From Octopus sinensis (taxonomy: Eukaryota): 64,000 nucleotides of DNA. Shown here piece after piece: positions 62,992 to 64,000 of this stretch (the stretch's first letter is position 1; every line of letters begins with the position of its first letter). The notes under the pieces are model-generated. The model was not told where the DNA came from. It made no database searches and saw only the letters and a program-made list of their open reading frames with translations. The stretch covers positions 66,960,001-67,024,000 of the forward strand of contig NC_042999.1 of assembly GCF_006345805.1 (NCBI RefSeq), given 5' to 3'. The translations under genes were made by a program, and so were the position numbers.

Positions 62992-64000
62992 CGTGCGTCC
63001 ATGTGTCATTAGGCGTTATTCCCTAGACTAATCGCGCATATACACTAAGCGCCAAATTTAGAATACAAGATTCCTATTTTGAAACTTGTCCGGGATCGTG
63101 TACCAGAATACGCAGAAATGAAACAGTTAATGATAATCGGAAATCGAACTGATCTAAATTTTAAAAAATTCATCATCATCAACAACATCATCATCGCTAT
63201 CATCTCCATCTTAAACACTTTGCATCTGTTTTCTGTGTCGTCATGGGTTGGTCAGTAAGATCTAAATCAGTTCTTATTCAGAATTAATGTTCGTTCTCAC
63301 AGGAGGATATGAATATTGTTGATGTTTACTCTAAAAATAAGTCTAACAATCCATAAAATTATAAGTAAATATATATGCTACAAAGGAGATTCATTGAATC
63401 AATCGATTAATCAATCAAAATCGATAACCTAAGGACACTGAGGAACATTGCAAGAGACACAACATCCTTTCTCTATTTCTCCCGATAATCAAATAATTAC
63501 ATATTTCCACCATCTTCCACCCCGGCCATGTTTTTTATATTTATCCGATTACCCATTTCATGGTTTTCGTTGTCTTACACTCAGTCATTCAGTCCATCTT
63601 GAACATTTTGGTGTATCAGACAGCTGTTCTCTAGTGTTCTATTTTCTTATTTTTTTTCTTGACAGTCTTCAGTTTCTCTTGAATGGTTCGAAATCGTGGT
63701 GTTCTTCGGTTCCTCTTTCCTGCTGCTACCCATTTCAATACTGTCCTTGCATCCTGATGATTTAGCTCCTGCAGAGGGTAACTAACCAATTGCATCTTTA
63801 TTACACGATCACGTCCTGGAGCCTTCGCTCTTCCAAGGATTTCTTTGTTTCTCAGAAATTACTCTTACTCGCTTTACTTGTTTCAGTCATTTGACTGCGG
63901 CCATGCTGGAGCACCGCCTTTAGTCAATCGAGTAAATCGACCCCAGGACTTATTCTTTGTAAGCCTAGTACTTATTCTATCGGTCTCTTTTGCCGAACCG

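Noticed and set aside
63480-63780. Minus-strand frame QDARTVLKWVAAGKRNRRTPR resembling an RTE C-terminus
   Set aside because: Too degenerate to delimit or assign with confidence; it is not treated as a host gene.

Overview
Eukaryotic, AT-rich, microsatellite-dense genomic DNA. The tRNA-derived SINE families and RTE tails look like those of an octopus (coleoid cephalopod); this is inference from recalled repeat families, not a database search. One protein-coding gene spans most of the window on the minus strand: a 15-coding-exon TRPV channel of the Inactive/OSM-9 subfamily (ATG 54456 to TAA 3839). All 14 introns are GT-AG, the phases join without a frameshift, and the CDS is 2799 nt (932 aa). 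Its introns and upstream region hold many mobile elements: three SINE families, RTE and CR1/L2 LINE fragments, Tc1/mariner elements (DD34E, DD37D, DD41D-like and mariner types), piggyBac-like MITEs, a Helitron with a captured ORF, a two-LTR non-autonomous retroelement with a tRNA-Trp primer site, and a solo LTR of the same family. The main feature not explained by ordinary annotation is a set of at least five minimal type I hammerhead-ribozyme motifs with palindromic or near-palindromic stem III loops (Penelope-like/retrozyme architecture). One has a fully canonical core on the TRPV pre-mRNA strand, one sits in a 365-bp partial tandem repeat, and two lie at the axis or loop of long foldbacks. 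No CRISPR arrays, rRNA genes or intact tRNA genes were seen.
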